A stretch of DNA of 64,000 nt from an uncultured cyanobacterium (GCA_963706595.1 OY970166.1:640001-704000); one strand, 5' to 3'; positions 9,339-20,120 are shown, counted from the first letter of the stretch. Translations and numbers: made by a program. The notes: a model not told the origin generated them from the letters alone.

Positions 9339-10043
9339 ATGGGTTTTCAACTCGAAAGCATCATTCCTTGGGGACGTTCAATGCTGGAATATACCCAGAT
9401 GTTTGATTTAACTCCTGAAGAATTCAATTTAAATATACTCGATTGTGCTGGTGGTCCTGCTAGTTTCAATGCAGAAATGACACTTCAAGGCTACAAAGTT
9501 ATTTCTTGTGACCCAGTTTATCAATTTACAGCCGATGAAATTGCTCAACGCATTCAAGACACTTATGAAATAGTTATTCAAGGTGTGAAAGCCAATCGAG
9601 AATGCTATGTTTGGCGGAATGTTCAGTCACCAGAAATGATGGGTGAAATTAGGATGTCAGCAATGCGTCAATTTTTGGTAGATTTCCCTAACGGAATCAA
9701 TCAAGGGCGTTATCTAAAAGATGAATTACCTGTTTTACCTTTTGCAGCGAATCAATTTGATTTGGCTTTGTGTTCCCACCTATTATTTACCTATTCTGAG
9801 CAACTTTCAGCAGAGTTTCATTTAGCATCGATTATGGAAATGTGCCGAGTTGCCAAGGAAGTACGCATTTTTCCATTGTTACAATTATCTGGGGAATTAT
9901 CTCCCTGGCTGCAACCAGTGATAAATGAATTACAACAACGGGGATATGCGGTAAAAATCAAACAAGTTGCTTATGAGTTTCAGAAGAATGGGAACCAAAT
10001 GCTGTGTGTCAACTCAGATATAGGAATCCGGTTTGATTTATGA
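9339..10043 (+). CDS. SAM-dependent methyltransferase family protein
   Basis: ILDCAGGPASF motif I, LPFAANQFDLALCSHLLF, EMCRVAKEVRIFP. Confidence 0.85.
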   Translation: MGFQLESIIPWGRSMLEYTQMFDLTPEEFNLNILDCAGGPASFNAEMTLQGYKVISCDPVYQFTADEIAQRIQDTYEIVIQGVKANRECYVWRNVQSPEMMGEIRMSAMRQFLVDFPNGINQGRYLKDELPVLPFAANQFDLALCSHLLFTYSEQLSAEFHLASIMEMCRVAKEVRIFPLLQLSGELSPWLQPVINELQQRGYAVKIKQVAYEFQKNGNQMLCVNSDIGIRFDL

Positions 10044-10495
10044 AAAAAATTAAGTATTGTAGTAGCGTGGCAAGCTTAAAGTAGTGCATTAGGAAAAAGC
10101 AGAAAACATTGATTTATCTCAATTTTCCCAAAAATCTATTGCAACATTTTAGCGTTGTCAGTCCAGTAGTGGCGTGGCAAGCTTAAAGTAGTGCATTAGG
10201 CAAAAGCAGAAAACATTGATTTATCTCAATTTTCTCAAAAATCTATTGCAACATTTTAGCCTTGCCACGCCAGTAGGGTGCGTTAGGATGAAATCCGTAA
10301 CGCACCATTCATTATTAAGGCTTTGGTGCGTTACGCTACCGCTAACACACCCTACTGGACTGACAAGCTTAAAATAGTGCATTAGGTAAAAGCAGAAAAC
10401 ATTGATTTATCTCAATTTTCTCAAAAATCTATTGCAACATTTTAGCCTTGTCCCGCCACTACTTGTTTGTTCAATAATCAAATAGTATTCCTATA
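10019..10495. mobile_element. Composite MITE: outer TIR element holding a REP-like palindrome and three 107-bp inner elements
   Basis: Outer TIRs TATAGGAATCCGGTTTGATT / AATCAAATAGTATTCCTATA. Inner near-identical units start at 10059, 10166 and 10352. REP-like gtagggtgcgtt...acaccctac at 10273-10355. Confidence 0.8.
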
Positions 10496-10603
10496 TTTGA
10501 AGCCCAGGATTTTCTACAGGCGATAATTGGGGCGTTGCTGATGTCAAAACCACTGTATTACTAGAGACGTTCAATCGAACGTCTCTACACCTAAATTTAT
10601 ACT

Positions 10604-10743
10604 TATACCAATTCTGTATGATAGCTTGCGTGGCGTAGCCATAGATGCGCTGAATGTAAGAGAAACGCACCGCAGAGACACAGAGGACACAGAGAGAAAA
10701 AAGGTTAAAAAATTCGGCGCAACCTCACAAAGAGATGGTATTA
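10604..10743. repeat. MITE-like repeat with SDR-like insert and a cacagag repeat
   Basis: Ends TATACCAATTCT / AGAGATGGTATTA; internal tagcttgcgtggcgtagcca hairpin and cgcagagacacagaggacacagag. Confidence 0.45.
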
Positions 10744-10885
10744 GTTTCAGCAACGCCGATAATTGGCTTGGCGCTAGACAAAGTTACTCAACATCAGAGT
10801 ATATTAAATTGGAAGCCCGCTCAGGCGTGGTTCGATTTCGTGTAGCCCCAGGCTTTAGCCTGCGGGAAATATATCAAATTTTCTC

Positions 10886-11533
10886 ATGAATCAAATAGTT
10901 TGGATCGCAAGACACGCTAACCGCCTAGATTTCGTCAACCCTGATTGGTTTCTCACCGCCCAAAGACGTTATGATCCACCCTTGTCTGATGATGGTATGG
11001 TGCAAACACAGCAGTTAGCGAAACGCTTGCAAGCAGAAAATATTGCTCATATTTTCGCCTCCCCATTTCTGCGAACTGTACAAACAGCCAACGCCGTTGC
11101 AGAAGTTTTAGATTTACCTATTAAACTAGAAACAGGTTTGAGTGAGTGGCTAAATCCAGACTGGATGACGGAAGAACCAGAAAGATTGTCAATTCCCGCC
11201 TTAGCAGAATTATTCCCCAGAATTGATACTACCTACACACCGCGTATCACCGCGCAATATCCGGAAACTCACGAACAAGTGCGGGAACGTTCTGGACAAA
11301 CTGCTAGATGCTTGGCGACTGAATGCTATCCCCAGGATATTTTGCTGGTAGGACATGGTGCATCTGTTCTGGGGGCAGCAATGGGGCTAGTAGGGGAGAT
11401 TGCGAAAACAGAAGTCAAGGCTTCTTTATGTTCCTTAGTCAAAGTCCTGCGCCAAGGCCCGGAATGGTTGCTAGAACTAAAGGGAGATACTTCCCATTTG
11501 ACAGAGATAGAGTCAGTGATTCGATTTGTTTAA
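10886..11533 (+). CDS. Histidine phosphatase (phosphoglycerate mutase) family protein
   Basis: WIARHANR, DPPLS, FASPFLRTVQTA, LLVGHG. Confidence 0.9.
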   Translation: MNQIVWIARHANRLDFVNPDWFLTAQRRYDPPLSDDGMVQTQQLAKRLQAENIAHIFASPFLRTVQTANAVAEVLDLPIKLETGLSEWLNPDWMTEEPERLSIPALAELFPRIDTTYTPRITAQYPETHEQVRERSGQTARCLATECYPQDILLVGHGASVLGAAMGLVGEIAKTEVKASLCSLVKVLRQGPEWLLELKGDTSHLTEIESVIRFV

Positions 11534-11701
11534 GTCCTTGATATGGATTTTAAATAATAACTCGCTCCATTATGGGTTTACGCTACAGAAAATAGGCTTT
11601 TGATTGATTTTGAATGGTCTGTTTATTTATGACGACTTGTACTAAATTTATCTGTGAGTCTAACCAAAATCCAAAATCCAAAATCTAAAATCTAAAATTG
11701 T

Positions 11702-12727
11702 ATGACTTTGTTACTAGCGGGAGACATCGGCGGCACGAAAACTATTTTGCGGTTAGTGGAAGCATCAGATTCACTAGAGTTACAGACTATTTATGAGGAA
11801 ACTTACCGCAGTGGGGATTTTGCGGATTTAGTCCCGTTGGTGCAGCAGTTTCTCACCAAGGCTAATACGCCCCCACCACAAAAGGCTTGTTTTGCGATCG
11901 CAGGGCCAGTTGTAGATAATACAGCCAAGCTGACCAATTTAACTTGGTTTCTCGATACTGACCGTTTAAAACAAGAATTAGGCATTGATTCTATGTGCCT
12001 AATTAATGACTTTGCGGCTGTGGGTTACGGCATTTTCGGGTTAAGTAAAAAAGATTTGCTGACTTTGCAAGTTGGTAAACACAAATTAGAAGCACCCATT
12101 GCCATTATTGGGGCGGGGACTGGCTTAGGACAAGGATTTTTGATTAAACAGGGCAATTACTATCAAGTCTTTCCCTCAGAGGGCGGACACGCTGATTTTG
12201 CTCCCCGCAGCGAGTTGGAATTTCAGCTATTGAAATATTTACTGGATAAACATGATATCCAGCGTGTTTCTGTAGAAAGGGTAGTCTCTGGACAGGGAGT
12301 TGTGGCAATTTACCAATTTTTGCGCGATCGCAAAATATCGGCCGAATCACCAGAAATCGCCCAAATTGTCAGAACCTGGGAACAAGAAGCCGGACAGCAG
12401 GAAAAAAGCGTTGATCCAGGTGCGGTAATTGGTATAGCTGCACTCCAAGGAAGCGATCGCCTGTCAGTACAAACCTTACAATTATTTGTAGACATTTACG
12501 GTGCAGAAGCCGGCAATCTTGCCCTAAAATTCTTACCTTACGGCGGCTTATATATTGCTGGTGGGATTGCGCCCAAAATCCAAACCCTGATGCAAAAAGG
12601 CAATTTTCTCTTAAACTTTAGCCAAAAAGGCAGGATGCGTTCCCTCCTTGAAGATATACCCGTGTATATTATTCTCAATCAACAAGTGGGGCTAATTGGT
12701 GCGGCTTTACGTGCAGCTAGGTTATAA
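11702..12727 (+). CDS. glk: Glucokinase
   Basis: LAGDIGGTKT, INDFAAVGYG, GAGTGLG, PSEGGH, VSVERVVSGQG, GGLYIAGGIAPK. Confidence 0.95.
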   Translation: MTLLLAGDIGGTKTILRLVEASDSLELQTIYEETYRSGDFADLVPLVQQFLTKANTPPPQKACFAIAGPVVDNTAKLTNLTWFLDTDRLKQELGIDSMCLINDFAAVGYGIFGLSKKDLLTLQVGKHKLEAPIAIIGAGTGLGQGFLIKQGNYYQVFPSEGGHADFAPRSELEFQLLKYLLDKHDIQRVSVERVVSGQGVVAIYQFLRDRKISAESPEIAQIVRTWEQEAGQQEKSVDPGAVIGIAALQGSDRLSVQTLQLFVDIYGAEAGNLALKFLPYGGLYIAGGIAPKIQTLMQKGNFLLNFSQKGRMRSLLEDIPVYIILNQQVGLIGAALRAARL

Positions 12728-12754
12728 CAACTAGCATCGGTAATATCTGCATAC

Positions 12755-13345
12755 GTGATGGCTAGAATTATGACTTTTAGAGTTTTGTTACCACTCATCA
12801 CCGCCACTGTTATCTGTGGTGGATCTGCCTTAGTAGAAGCAAATCAACCCCAACAACCTCCAGTTGTACAGCCACAATGGAGGGTATTTACTGCCCCAGA
12901 CAGGGGCTTTACTGTTTTGATGCCGGGAAAACCAGAGAGGGATACCCAAATCCAAAAAACCTACATGGGGGAAATTAACTTAGAAATGTTTGTTGCCGAA
13001 CCTCCCAAGCAGGAAGTGGCATACTTGGTTGTTTATAATGATTTTCCTTACAGTTATGCTCAAATGACTAGTCCCCAAACAATACTGAATAATGCCAGGG
13101 ATGTGGCTTTAAAAACTACACAAAGTAGTTTAGTTAGTCAGCGTAACATTCGTAGTTCTAATGGTCATCCTGGCAAGGAAATTGAGTATGTTAACGTTGG
13201 CGGCAAAATCACCAGAAGCAGAATGTATGTTGCTGAGGGTCGTTTGTATCAAGTTATAGCCATTACCAGTAAAAAACAGCAGCCAACTTTAGCTAGAACC
13301 ATTACGGGGTATTTAAATTCCTTCCATCTGGTTTTGCAAAAGTGA
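12755..13345 (+). CDS. Exported hypothetical protein
   Basis: Signal-peptide-like N-terminus; FTVLMPGKP and GRLYQV segments; 196-aa ORF in the same direction as glk. Confidence 0.75.
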   Translation: MMARIMTFRVLLPLITATVICGGSALVEANQPQQPPVVQPQWRVFTAPDRGFTVLMPGKPERDTQIQKTYMGEINLEMFVAEPPKQEVAYLVVYNDFPYSYAQMTSPQTILNNARDVALKTTQSSLVSQRNIRSSNGHPGKEIEYVNVGGKITRSRMYVAEGRLYQVIAITSKKQQPTLARTITGYLNSFHLVLQK

Positions 13346-13574
13346 GATTAATTGCTGGCAGAGGCGGTGCTTGCTGTCTGTAAGCACTTTCTCTGATGTT
13401 TATGCCAGACAATCTGCGATCGCATTGGATAAGATGATCTAACCGCCAAGCCGCCAAGAACGCCAAGAGGAGAAAGACGTTCATAGGGGCGGTGTTTTTT
13501 TGATTATCAGTATCAACAAATTGCAAAAAACTGGTAAATTACCGTATGACTCACAAAAATTAGTGCCAAGCATT

Positions 13575-14675
13575 ATGAAACGTCGAAAAATTCTGAACAC
13601 AGGTGCGATCGCCACTGCAACTGCTGTAACATTAGGCTCTTGTGCGCGGACCCAAACCGCCGCTAACGTGCAAACTGGACAGCCCAATGTCCGGTGGCGA
13701 ATGGCAACCAGCTGGCCGAAATCTCTAGGAATTTTTAGCGGTGCAGATATACTTGCCAAACGAGTCAAAGAAATGACCAACGGACGTTTCACCATTACAC
13801 CCTTTGCGGCGGGGGAGTTAGTTCCGGGGTTGCAAGTCATGGACGCTGTGCAAGCGGGAACAGTGGAATGCGGACACACAGCCGGTTATTATTACATCGG
13901 TAAAAACTTAGCCTTAGCCTTCGCCACCTCCGTACCCTTTGGCTTCAATGCCCAACAGCAAAACTCTTGGCTATATCATGGTGGCGGATTAGAAGCCATG
14001 CAAAAAATCTATAGTGACTTCAATATCATTAACTTTCCGGCTGGTAACACCGGGGCGCAGATGGGAGGATGGTTTAAAAAAGAAATTAACACTGTTGCTG
14101 ACCTCCAAGGTTTAAAAATGCGTATCCCCGGCATAGGGGGACAAGTCATATCTCGTATGGGTGTGCAAGTGCAAGTGATTCCTGGAGGCGAAATTTTCTT
14201 AGCACTAGATCGGGGCGCAATTGATGCGGCTGAGTGGGTCGGTCCTTACGATGATGAGAAACTGGGTTTAAACAAAGCCGCCCAATTTTATTATTACCCA
14301 GGCTGGTGGGAACCAGGACCCACATTAGAAGTGCTGGTTAACCGTAGTGCTTGGGACAAATTACCCCCAGAATACCAAGCCATATTCAAGGCAGCGACTC
14401 ATGAAGCCAATATGAATATGCTCACTGAATACGATGCCTTAAATGGTCAAGCACTGGCGAGATTGACCGCCGGTGGGACTAAATTAGTTGCCTTCAGCCC
14501 AGAAATTATGCAAGCATCTCAAAAAGCCTCCTTTGAATTTTTAGAGGAAAATGCTAGTAAAGACGCAACTTTCAAAGAAGTTTATGAACAGTGGAAAGGC
14601 TTCCGTAAACAAGTTTTCGACTGGAATCGTGTCAATGAATTGAGTTATGCAAATTTCGCCCTCTCTAATAGTTAG
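13575..14675 (+). CDS. dctP: TRAP transporter substrate-binding protein (DctP/TakP-like, 2-oxoacid type)
   Basis: Probable start MKRRKIL (Tat-like lipoprotein signal); [47 protein letters not shown]. Confidence 0.9.
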   Translation: MKRRKILNTGAIATATAVTLGSCARTQTAANVQTGQPNVRWRMATSWPKSLGIFSGADILAKRVKEMTNGRFTITPFAAGELVPGLQVMDAVQAGTVECGHTAGYYYIGKNLALAFATSVPFGFNAQQQNSWLYHGGGLEAMQKIYSDFNIINFPAGNTGAQMGGWFKKEINTVADLQGLKMRIPGIGGQVISRMGVQVQVIPGGEIFLALDRGAIDAAEWVGPYDDEKLGLNKAAQFYYYPGWWEPGPTLEVLVNRSAWDKLPPEYQAIFKAATHEANMNMLTEYDALNGQALARLTAGGTKLVAFSPEIMQASQKASFEFLEENASKDATFKEVYEQWKGFRKQVFDWNRVNELSYANFALSNS

Positions 14676-14680
14676 GAAAT

Positions 14681-14767
14681 GGGGAGTGGGGAGAAGTAAG
14701 AGGCAGGGGAGCAGGGAGCAGGGAGCAGGGGGGAAGACGGTAACTTCCCAATGACTAATGACTAATC
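14681..14767. repeat. STRR-type heptamer repeats
   Basis: gggagca tandem copies and atgacta tandem copies; related tracts at 11666-11700, 17117-17147, 48961-48990 and 54140-54198. Confidence 0.8.
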
Positions 14768-14768
14768 C

Positions 14769-16106
14769 TCATTTTCCTAAATTAGGTAAAAAGCTCACTA
14801 TACCTGGGAAAGCAATGATTAAGACCAAAACTAATAATTGCAGCAAAATAAACGGGATTACACCGCGATATATGTCAGATGTAGTGACTTCTGGCGGTGC
14901 GACACCACGTAGGTAAAACAACGCAAAACCAAAGGGAGGTGTGAGGAAGGAAGTTTGCAAATTTGCTCCCAAAATCACACCATACCAAACCAAGTCAATG
15001 CCTAATTCTTGGGCTACTGGCACAAACAAGGGTATGACAATAAAGGCAATCTCGAAAAAGTCGATAAAAAAGCCGAGAAAAAATACCGTTGCCATGCTGA
15101 CAGTCAAAAAGCCGATAGTGCCGCCGGGAAGATTGGCGAGGACATCGAACATAAATTGATCGCCATTCACTCCCCGGAATACTAAACTAAAGGCTGTGGA
15201 ACCCAACAGAATAAACAGCACCATGCTGGTGATTTTTAAAGTGGTATCACAAACCCGACGCAGAGATTCTAAGGTAAGTTGACCGTTTGCCGCAGCCAAG
15301 GCGATCGCACCCGCACAACCCACAGCCCCCGCTTCTGTCGGTGTAGCAAAGCCAAAAAAGATACTTCCCAAAACCAATAAAATCAGAATCAACGGCGGTA
15401 GCATCACCTGAACTATCCGTTTTCCCAAAGCTTTACCACCAATTTCTCGTACCTCAGCAGGTAAAGCCGGCGCTAAATCTGGCTTTAAAAATGCCACAAT
15501 CAACACATGAAGGGCAAACGCACCCGACATCATCAAACCAGGAATCAGGGAACCAATAAATAAATCACCAACCGAAATCCCCAACTGATCACCCAATACC
15601 ACTAACACAACACTCGGCGGGATAATTTGCCCCAGAGTCCCCGAAGCAGCAATGACACCAGTAGCTAATTGTTTGTTATATCCATAGCGCAGCATAATTG
15701 GCAGAGAAATTAAACCCATCGCCACTACTGTTGCCGCTACCACCCCAGTAGTTGCTGCCAACAGCGCCCCCACTAACACCACAGCTAAAGCTAGGCCGCC
15801 ACGTAAGCGTCCCAACACAATCCCCATTGTTTCTAGCAAATTCTCAGCTATGCCGGATTTCTCCAGCATAGACCCCATAAAGATAAAATAAGGGATAGCT
15901 AACAGCGTATAATTAGCCATAATGCCAAAAATGCGCTGTGGCATAGCAGTGAGAAATATTGGGTCAAATACACCCAGAGAAATTCCCACAATGCCAAATA
16001 AAATTGCCACCCCACCCAAAGAAAAAGCTACAGGATATCCCAGGGATAGCAGCACTAACGCCCCAGCAAACATCACTGGCCCCAACCATTCATAATCCAG
16101 CGTCAT
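14769..16106 (-). CDS. dctM: TRAP transporter large permease
   Basis: GYPVAFSL, LLAIPYFIFMG, GTLGQIIPPS, ATPTEAGAVG, LTPPFGFALF. Confidence 0.93.
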   Translation of the reverse strand: MTLDYEWLGPVMFAGALVLLSLGYPVAFSLGGVAILFGIVGISLGVFDPIFLTAMPQRIFGIMANYTLLAIPYFIFMGSMLEKSGIAENLLETMGIVLGRLRGGLALAVVLVGALLAATTGVVAATVVAMGLISLPIMLRYGYNKQLATGVIAASGTLGQIIPPSVVLVVLGDQLGISVGDLFIGSLIPGLMMSGAFALHVLIVAFLKPDLAPALPAEVREIGGKALGKRIVQVMLPPLILILLVLGSIFFGFATPTEAGAVGCAGAIALAAANGQLTLESLRRVCDTTLKITSMVLFILLGSTAFSLVFRGVNGDQFMFDVLANLPGGTIGFLTVSMATVFFLGFFIDFFEIAFIVIPLFVPVAQELGIDLVWYGVILGANLQTSFLTPPFGFALFYLRGVAPPEVTTSDIYRGVIPFILLQLLVLVLIIAFPGIVSFLPNLGK

Positions 16107-16644
16107 GATTTTCCTCCTGGGGTTCGAGTCTGCCTAGAAGAATAGCCAAATTTTTGATTAACTGAGAAATTCCCTGGAAAATCAACAACACAAAGGAGAC
16201 AATAATCATAGTTTTGATGGGGTAGCGCGGTAAACCATCAGGATCTGGTGATGTTTCCAGAATTTGCCACGAAGCCAAGATTGTATCCCAAGAAAAAAAT
16301 ATGACCATCATACAAAATGGAATCAGAAATAACACTGTCCCCAGTAAATCTGCCAGTGCTTTTCGCCGAGGCGGCCAATTGCTGTAAAACACATCAACGC
16401 GGACGTGTTCATTGTGCTTTAAGGTGTAGCCAGCACCCAACAAAAAAACTAAATCAAAAACATACCATTGCGCTTCTATGTAAGCGTTAGAAGTTAAATT
16501 AATGCCAATAAACCGCCCCAGGTATCGTCCTGAAACATTCCATACACCAATGATGACCATGACTAGCACCAGCCAACCGGTCAATTTGCCAATACGTTCA
16601 GTACAGAAATCAATTATTTTGGCTATCTTTAATAGTCTTTCCAA
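16090..16644 (-). CDS. dctQ: TRAP transporter small permease
   Basis: Four TM segments and HVRVD motif; overlaps the dctM start. Confidence 0.9.
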   Translation of the reverse strand: MERLLKIAKIIDFCTERIGKLTGWLVLVMVIIGVWNVSGRYLGRFIGINLTSNAYIEAQWYVFDLVFLLGAGYTLKHNEHVRVDVFYSNWPPRRKALADLLGTVLFLIPFCMMVIFFSWDTILASWQILETSPDPDGLPRYPIKTMIIVSFVLLIFQGISQLIKNLAILLGRLEPQEENHDAGL

Positions 16645-16782
16645 AGATTATCTCACCCTTTTCAATTGCTGTAAGTGTAGTTTACAACTGAAGATTGCCA
16701 AAAAATCGTCTTTGTTGATTCAAACTTGGTGTCTTAGAAGTCCCGATTTCATTAATCCAACCCCTCCCTTTTGGAAAGGAAG

Positions 16783-16976
16783 CACGGTGTACCCACAAAT
16801 CTTCGTGGCTTTCACATCCGGGTTTTACCCCCCTTAATCCCCCCTTGGAAAGGGGGGAGATTGGAAAATTTAGTTTCCTCCCCTTGGAAAGGCGGAAAAC
16901 CGGAAAATCTAGTTCCCTCCCCTTTCCAAGGGGAGGGTTAGGGTGGGGTAATTCGATAACTTGTGTGTACACCGTG
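16783..16976. mobile_element. 194-bp MITE with 16-bp TIRs
   Basis: CACGGTGTACCCACAA (16783-16798) and TTGTGTGTACACCGTG (16961-16976), one mismatch; internal ccccttggaaagggg hairpins. Solo ends of the same family at ~49009-49026 and ~54968-54985. Confidence 0.75.
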
Positions 16977-17148
16977 TTTACTTAGTAAGGAGAGGGGAGA
17001 CTTGAAAAACCAGATTTGCAACTGAAGCGTAGGATGAGAAAATCAAGATATACCAATTTAATATTTAATTAATCAATGATCAATACTTCCCTATTGCTAC
17101 AAGCCCGCAAATTCAATCTAAAATCCAAAATCTAAAATCCAAAATTGT

Positions 17149-17748
17149 ATGACTTCAAACGTTCCCACTCCCAAAGGAAAATTACATAATCAAGCCATAG
17201 GGGCGAAGATATTCCACTCTGTTAATATTATCAGCCTGTTTCTCATGCTTACTAGTGGGCTACAAATTTACAATGCCAACCCTGTCTTTGGTGGACGTGC
17301 TGGTTTACACATTCCCCCCATATTTACATTAGGAGGTTGGTTAGCGGGAGGTAGACACTGGCACTTTGCCGCTATGTGGTTATTCTCATTAAATCTCTTG
17401 TGGTATGGAATTTATGTTTTAATTACCCGACGCTGGCGACGTAGATTTGTTGGTGTTAATGACCTGAAAGCATTACAAAAAACTCAAAATTCTCGGCGTT
17501 TAGCTTATGCGTGGCATCGCATCATCTATACAGCAATTATTCCTATTTTACTGTTAGCATTACTTACAGGGATAGGTATGTATAAACCCGCCCAATTTCC
17601 TTGGATTGTCGATATGTTTGGCGATTGGCAAGCATTACGTATCGTACATTTTTCATCAGTGCCAATGGTAGTTATATTTACAGTCATTCACTCATTACTA
17701 GGAAGAAAAGCCGGAGGATCTCAACTTACCGAATCCATGTTTTGGTAA
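17149..17748 (+). CDS. Cytochrome b/b6-domain membrane protein
   Basis: Four TM helices with His ligands (IFHSV, HWHF, IVHF, VIHS); MLTSGLQIYNANP. Confidence 0.85.
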   Translation: MTSNVPTPKGKLHNQAIGAKIFHSVNIISLFLMLTSGLQIYNANPVFGGRAGLHIPPIFTLGGWLAGGRHWHFAAMWLFSLNLLWYGIYVLITRRWRRRFVGVNDLKALQKTQNSRRLAYAWHRIIYTAIIPILLLALLTGIGMYKPAQFPWIVDMFGDWQALRIVHFSSVPMVVIFTVIHSLLGRKAGGSQLTESMFW

Positions 17749-17861
17749 ATTACGTTCATGAATATTCTCTCACGTTTTTATAAACCATAAGAACCTCACC
17801 CCAGCCCTCTCCTTACTAAGGAGAGGGGGCATGATTTTTTTACTAAATTAGCAAAAAATAT

Positions 17862-18569
17862 ATGAATTTACATTACATACAGCGTCGTCAATTTCTCAAA
17901 ATTTCGGGATTATCTAGCATCAGTTTACTTCTTGGTGGCTGTGGTACACAAGCATTTGAAGATATAGTCGGACCACTATCTGAACCACTAAATCGGAAAG
18001 TGGGAGAATTAATATTTCAACCCCAAAAGCCTGTCCCAGAGTTTGCACTGAGTCAAGTTAAACCAGAAGAATTGATAGTTAATACTTTTAGAAGTACGCC
18101 AATTATTGATCCAAATAAATATCGTTTAGTTATTGATGGCGAAGTTAACAACCCTCTTAGCCTCACCTTGGCTGAAATACAGGCTTTACCCCTAAGTTCT
18201 ATGATTATTCGCCATGTTTGTGTAGAAGGTTGGGCGGCTATAGTGCAGTGGGGTGGTGTCTGTCTCCGAGAAATTATCGCTCTTGCTGAACCTCAAGCTA
18301 ATGTCCGGTTTGCTTATTTTAAATCGGCTGATGGTTATTATGAAAGTTGGGATATAGCTTCAGCTTTACATCCTCAGACTTTGTTAGCTTATGAAAAAAA
18401 CGGTGCGGCTTTACCTGTTGAGAATGGTGCGCCTTTACGTTTAGCTTCGCCGGTTAAACTTGGTTATAAGCAGAGTAAATGGGTGACTAAAATCTCGCTT
18501 TTAAGTAGTTTATCACCGTTTAAGGGTTACTGGGAAGATCAGGGTTATGATTGGTTTGCTGGACTTTAG
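17862..18569 (+). CDS. Molybdopterin-dependent oxidoreductase (sulfite oxidase/MsrP-like)
   Basis: Tat motif RRQFLK; HVCVEGW, WGGV, NGAPLRL, LGYKQSKW, GYWEDQGY. Confidence 0.9.
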   Translation: MNLHYIQRRQFLKISGLSSISLLLGGCGTQAFEDIVGPLSEPLNRKVGELIFQPQKPVPEFALSQVKPEELIVNTFRSTPIIDPNKYRLVIDGEVNNPLSLTLAEIQALPLSSMIIRHVCVEGWAAIVQWGGVCLREIIALAEPQANVRFAYFKSADGYYESWDIASALHPQTLLAYEKNGAALPVENGAPLRLASPVKLGYKQSKWVTKISLLSSLSPFKGYWEDQGYDWFAGL

Positions 18570-18680
18570 GGAGTTTCAAAGCATCGCAGGGGGATAAGGT
18601 GCAAATAGAGATGGAAAGGACTAAAGTCCTGACTCCGAACCTTTAATTATTTACTTTGTCTTAATTAGGTAATAAGAAAA

Positions 18681-20120
18681 ATGAACTTCTTTGATAAGTT
18701 ACAGGGTAGTATATTACGAAATCAAAGCTTACTTTTTGTAGGACTTGACCCAAATCCCGAAATGATGCCAGCGCATTATAAATCTCAGGATGTCATCTCT
18801 GATTTGCATAATTGGTTACAATTCATTATTACCGAAACGGCTGATTTTGTCTGTGCCTATAAGCCAACATTAGGATTTTATGAAGCTTTGGGATCTCCGG
18901 GTTTAGAACTACTACAAAAAACTTTAGCGGCTATTCCCAGTCATATCCCAATTATTTTAGATGCTAAACATAGTGACTTAAATACTAGTACAGTTTTTGC
19001 TCGCGCGGTATTTACAGAATGGAATATAGATGCCATTACTCTTAGTCCTTATACAGGGCAAGACCATGTAGCACCGTTTTTATTTTACCCTGAGAAAGCA
19101 GTATTTATTTTATGTTGTACTTCCAATCCAGGAGCAGAAGCTTTACAACAATATCCCACAAATGAATCGCCTCTTTATTTACAGGTAGTCAAGGAGTCAA
19201 AAAATTGGGGAACTCCTGAACAATTGGGTTTGGAAGTCGGTACGATAAATCCGGAAGTTTTGGCGCTAATTCGGGCAATTGCACCTGAGAGGATGATTAT
19301 GGCGCGGAGTATTTGGGCGGAGGGAAGTAATCTCAAAGAAATTTTAGCAGCTGGCTTAAGTGCTAATGGTGATGGGTTATTGATTCCTGTTCCTCAAGAT
19401 ATGTTGAGTCAACCAAATTTAGCTGAAAATATTCAGGCTTTACGTGCAGAAATTCATCAAGCGAAAACTGAAATTGTTCTAGATGGTTCTACTTGTGCTG
19501 TGTGGCTACCTGATGTTGCTGTTTCGAGTCAACATCCCCAACAAGATTTGATTTTACAACTTTATGATATTGGTTGTATTATGTTTGGCAGCTTTGTGCA
19601 AGCATCGGGGGCGACTTTTCCTTATTACATTGATTTACGAAAAATCATTTCTAATCCCCAAGTTTTTAATCAGGTTCTCAGTGCTTATGAGGAGATTTTG
19701 AACTCTCTCAATTTTGATAGGTTAGCGGGTATTCCCTACGGTTCTTTACCTACTGCTACTGGTTTATCTTTGCGTCTCCATTGTCCGATGATTTATCCCC
19801 GCAAGGAGGTAAAGGCACACGGAAGTCGGAGGTTAATTGAGGGTAATTTTTATCCTGGTGAAACTGTGGTGGTGGTTGATGATATTTTAATCACTGGCAA
19901 AAGTGTGATGGAAGGTGCTGAAAAGTTAAAATCGGCTGGTTTGAAGATTCAGGATATTGTAGTTTTGATTGACCATGAAAATGGTGTGCAATCTAGATTA
20001 CTAGATAATGGTTATCGAGGTCATGCTGTTTTCACTCTTTCGGAAATTACAGAAACCCTTTATCAGGTAGGTAGAATTAGTCAGGAGCAGTTTTTAGCTT
20101 TTCAGGAAAGTGAAGGTTAG
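18681..20120 (+). CDS. pyrFE: Bifunctional OMP decarboxylase / orotate phosphoribosyltransferase
   Basis: VGLDP, YKPTLGFYE, ILDAKHSD at the N-terminus; YIDLR, RKEVKAHG, VVVVDDILITG at the C-terminus. Confidence 0.9.
   Translation: MNFFDKLQGSILRNQSLLFVGLDPNPEMMPAHYKSQDVISDLHNWLQFIITETADFVCAYKPTLGFYEALGSPGLELLQKTLAAIPSHIPIILDAKHSDLNTSTVFARAVFTEWNIDAITLSPYTGQDHVAPFLFYPEKAVFILCCTSNPGAEALQQYPTNESPLYLQVVKESKNWGTPEQLGLEVGTINPEVLALIRAIAPERMIMARSIWAEGSNLKEILAAGLSANGDGLLIPVPQDMLSQPNLAENIQALRAEIHQAKTEIVLDGSTCAVWLPDVAVSSQHPQQDLILQLYDIGCIMFGSFVQASGATFPYYIDLRKIISNPQVFNQVLSAYEEILNSLNFDRLAGIPYGSLPTATGLSLRLHCPMIYPRKEVKAHGSRRLIEGNFYPGETVVVVDDILITGKSVMEGAEKLKSAGLKIQDIVVLIDHENGVQSRLLDNGYRGHAVFTLSEITETLYQVGRISQEQFLAFQESEG

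Noticed and set aside
5700..10050. Complete DGR cassette
   Set aside because: No reverse transcriptase, avd or second copy of the VR-like sequence was seen in the window; only a possible remote target is supported.
10059..10462. Mini CRISPR or sRNA array
   Set aside because: The units have terminal inverted repeats and GTAG/CTAC duplications and no spacers; better explained as nested MITEs.
13575..16644. Convergent dctP versus dctQM as a novel arrangement
   Set aside because: To my knowledge the same layout occurs in the characterised Anabaena 2-oxoacid TRAP locus, so it is not unusual.
16682..16972. 96-aa ORF, and similar ORFs at 10626-10889, 35400-35651, 54816-55203, 55352-55579 and 57956-58180
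   Set aside because: They are translations of MITE, REP, HEARO or NsiR1 repeat DNA with no recognisable protein features.
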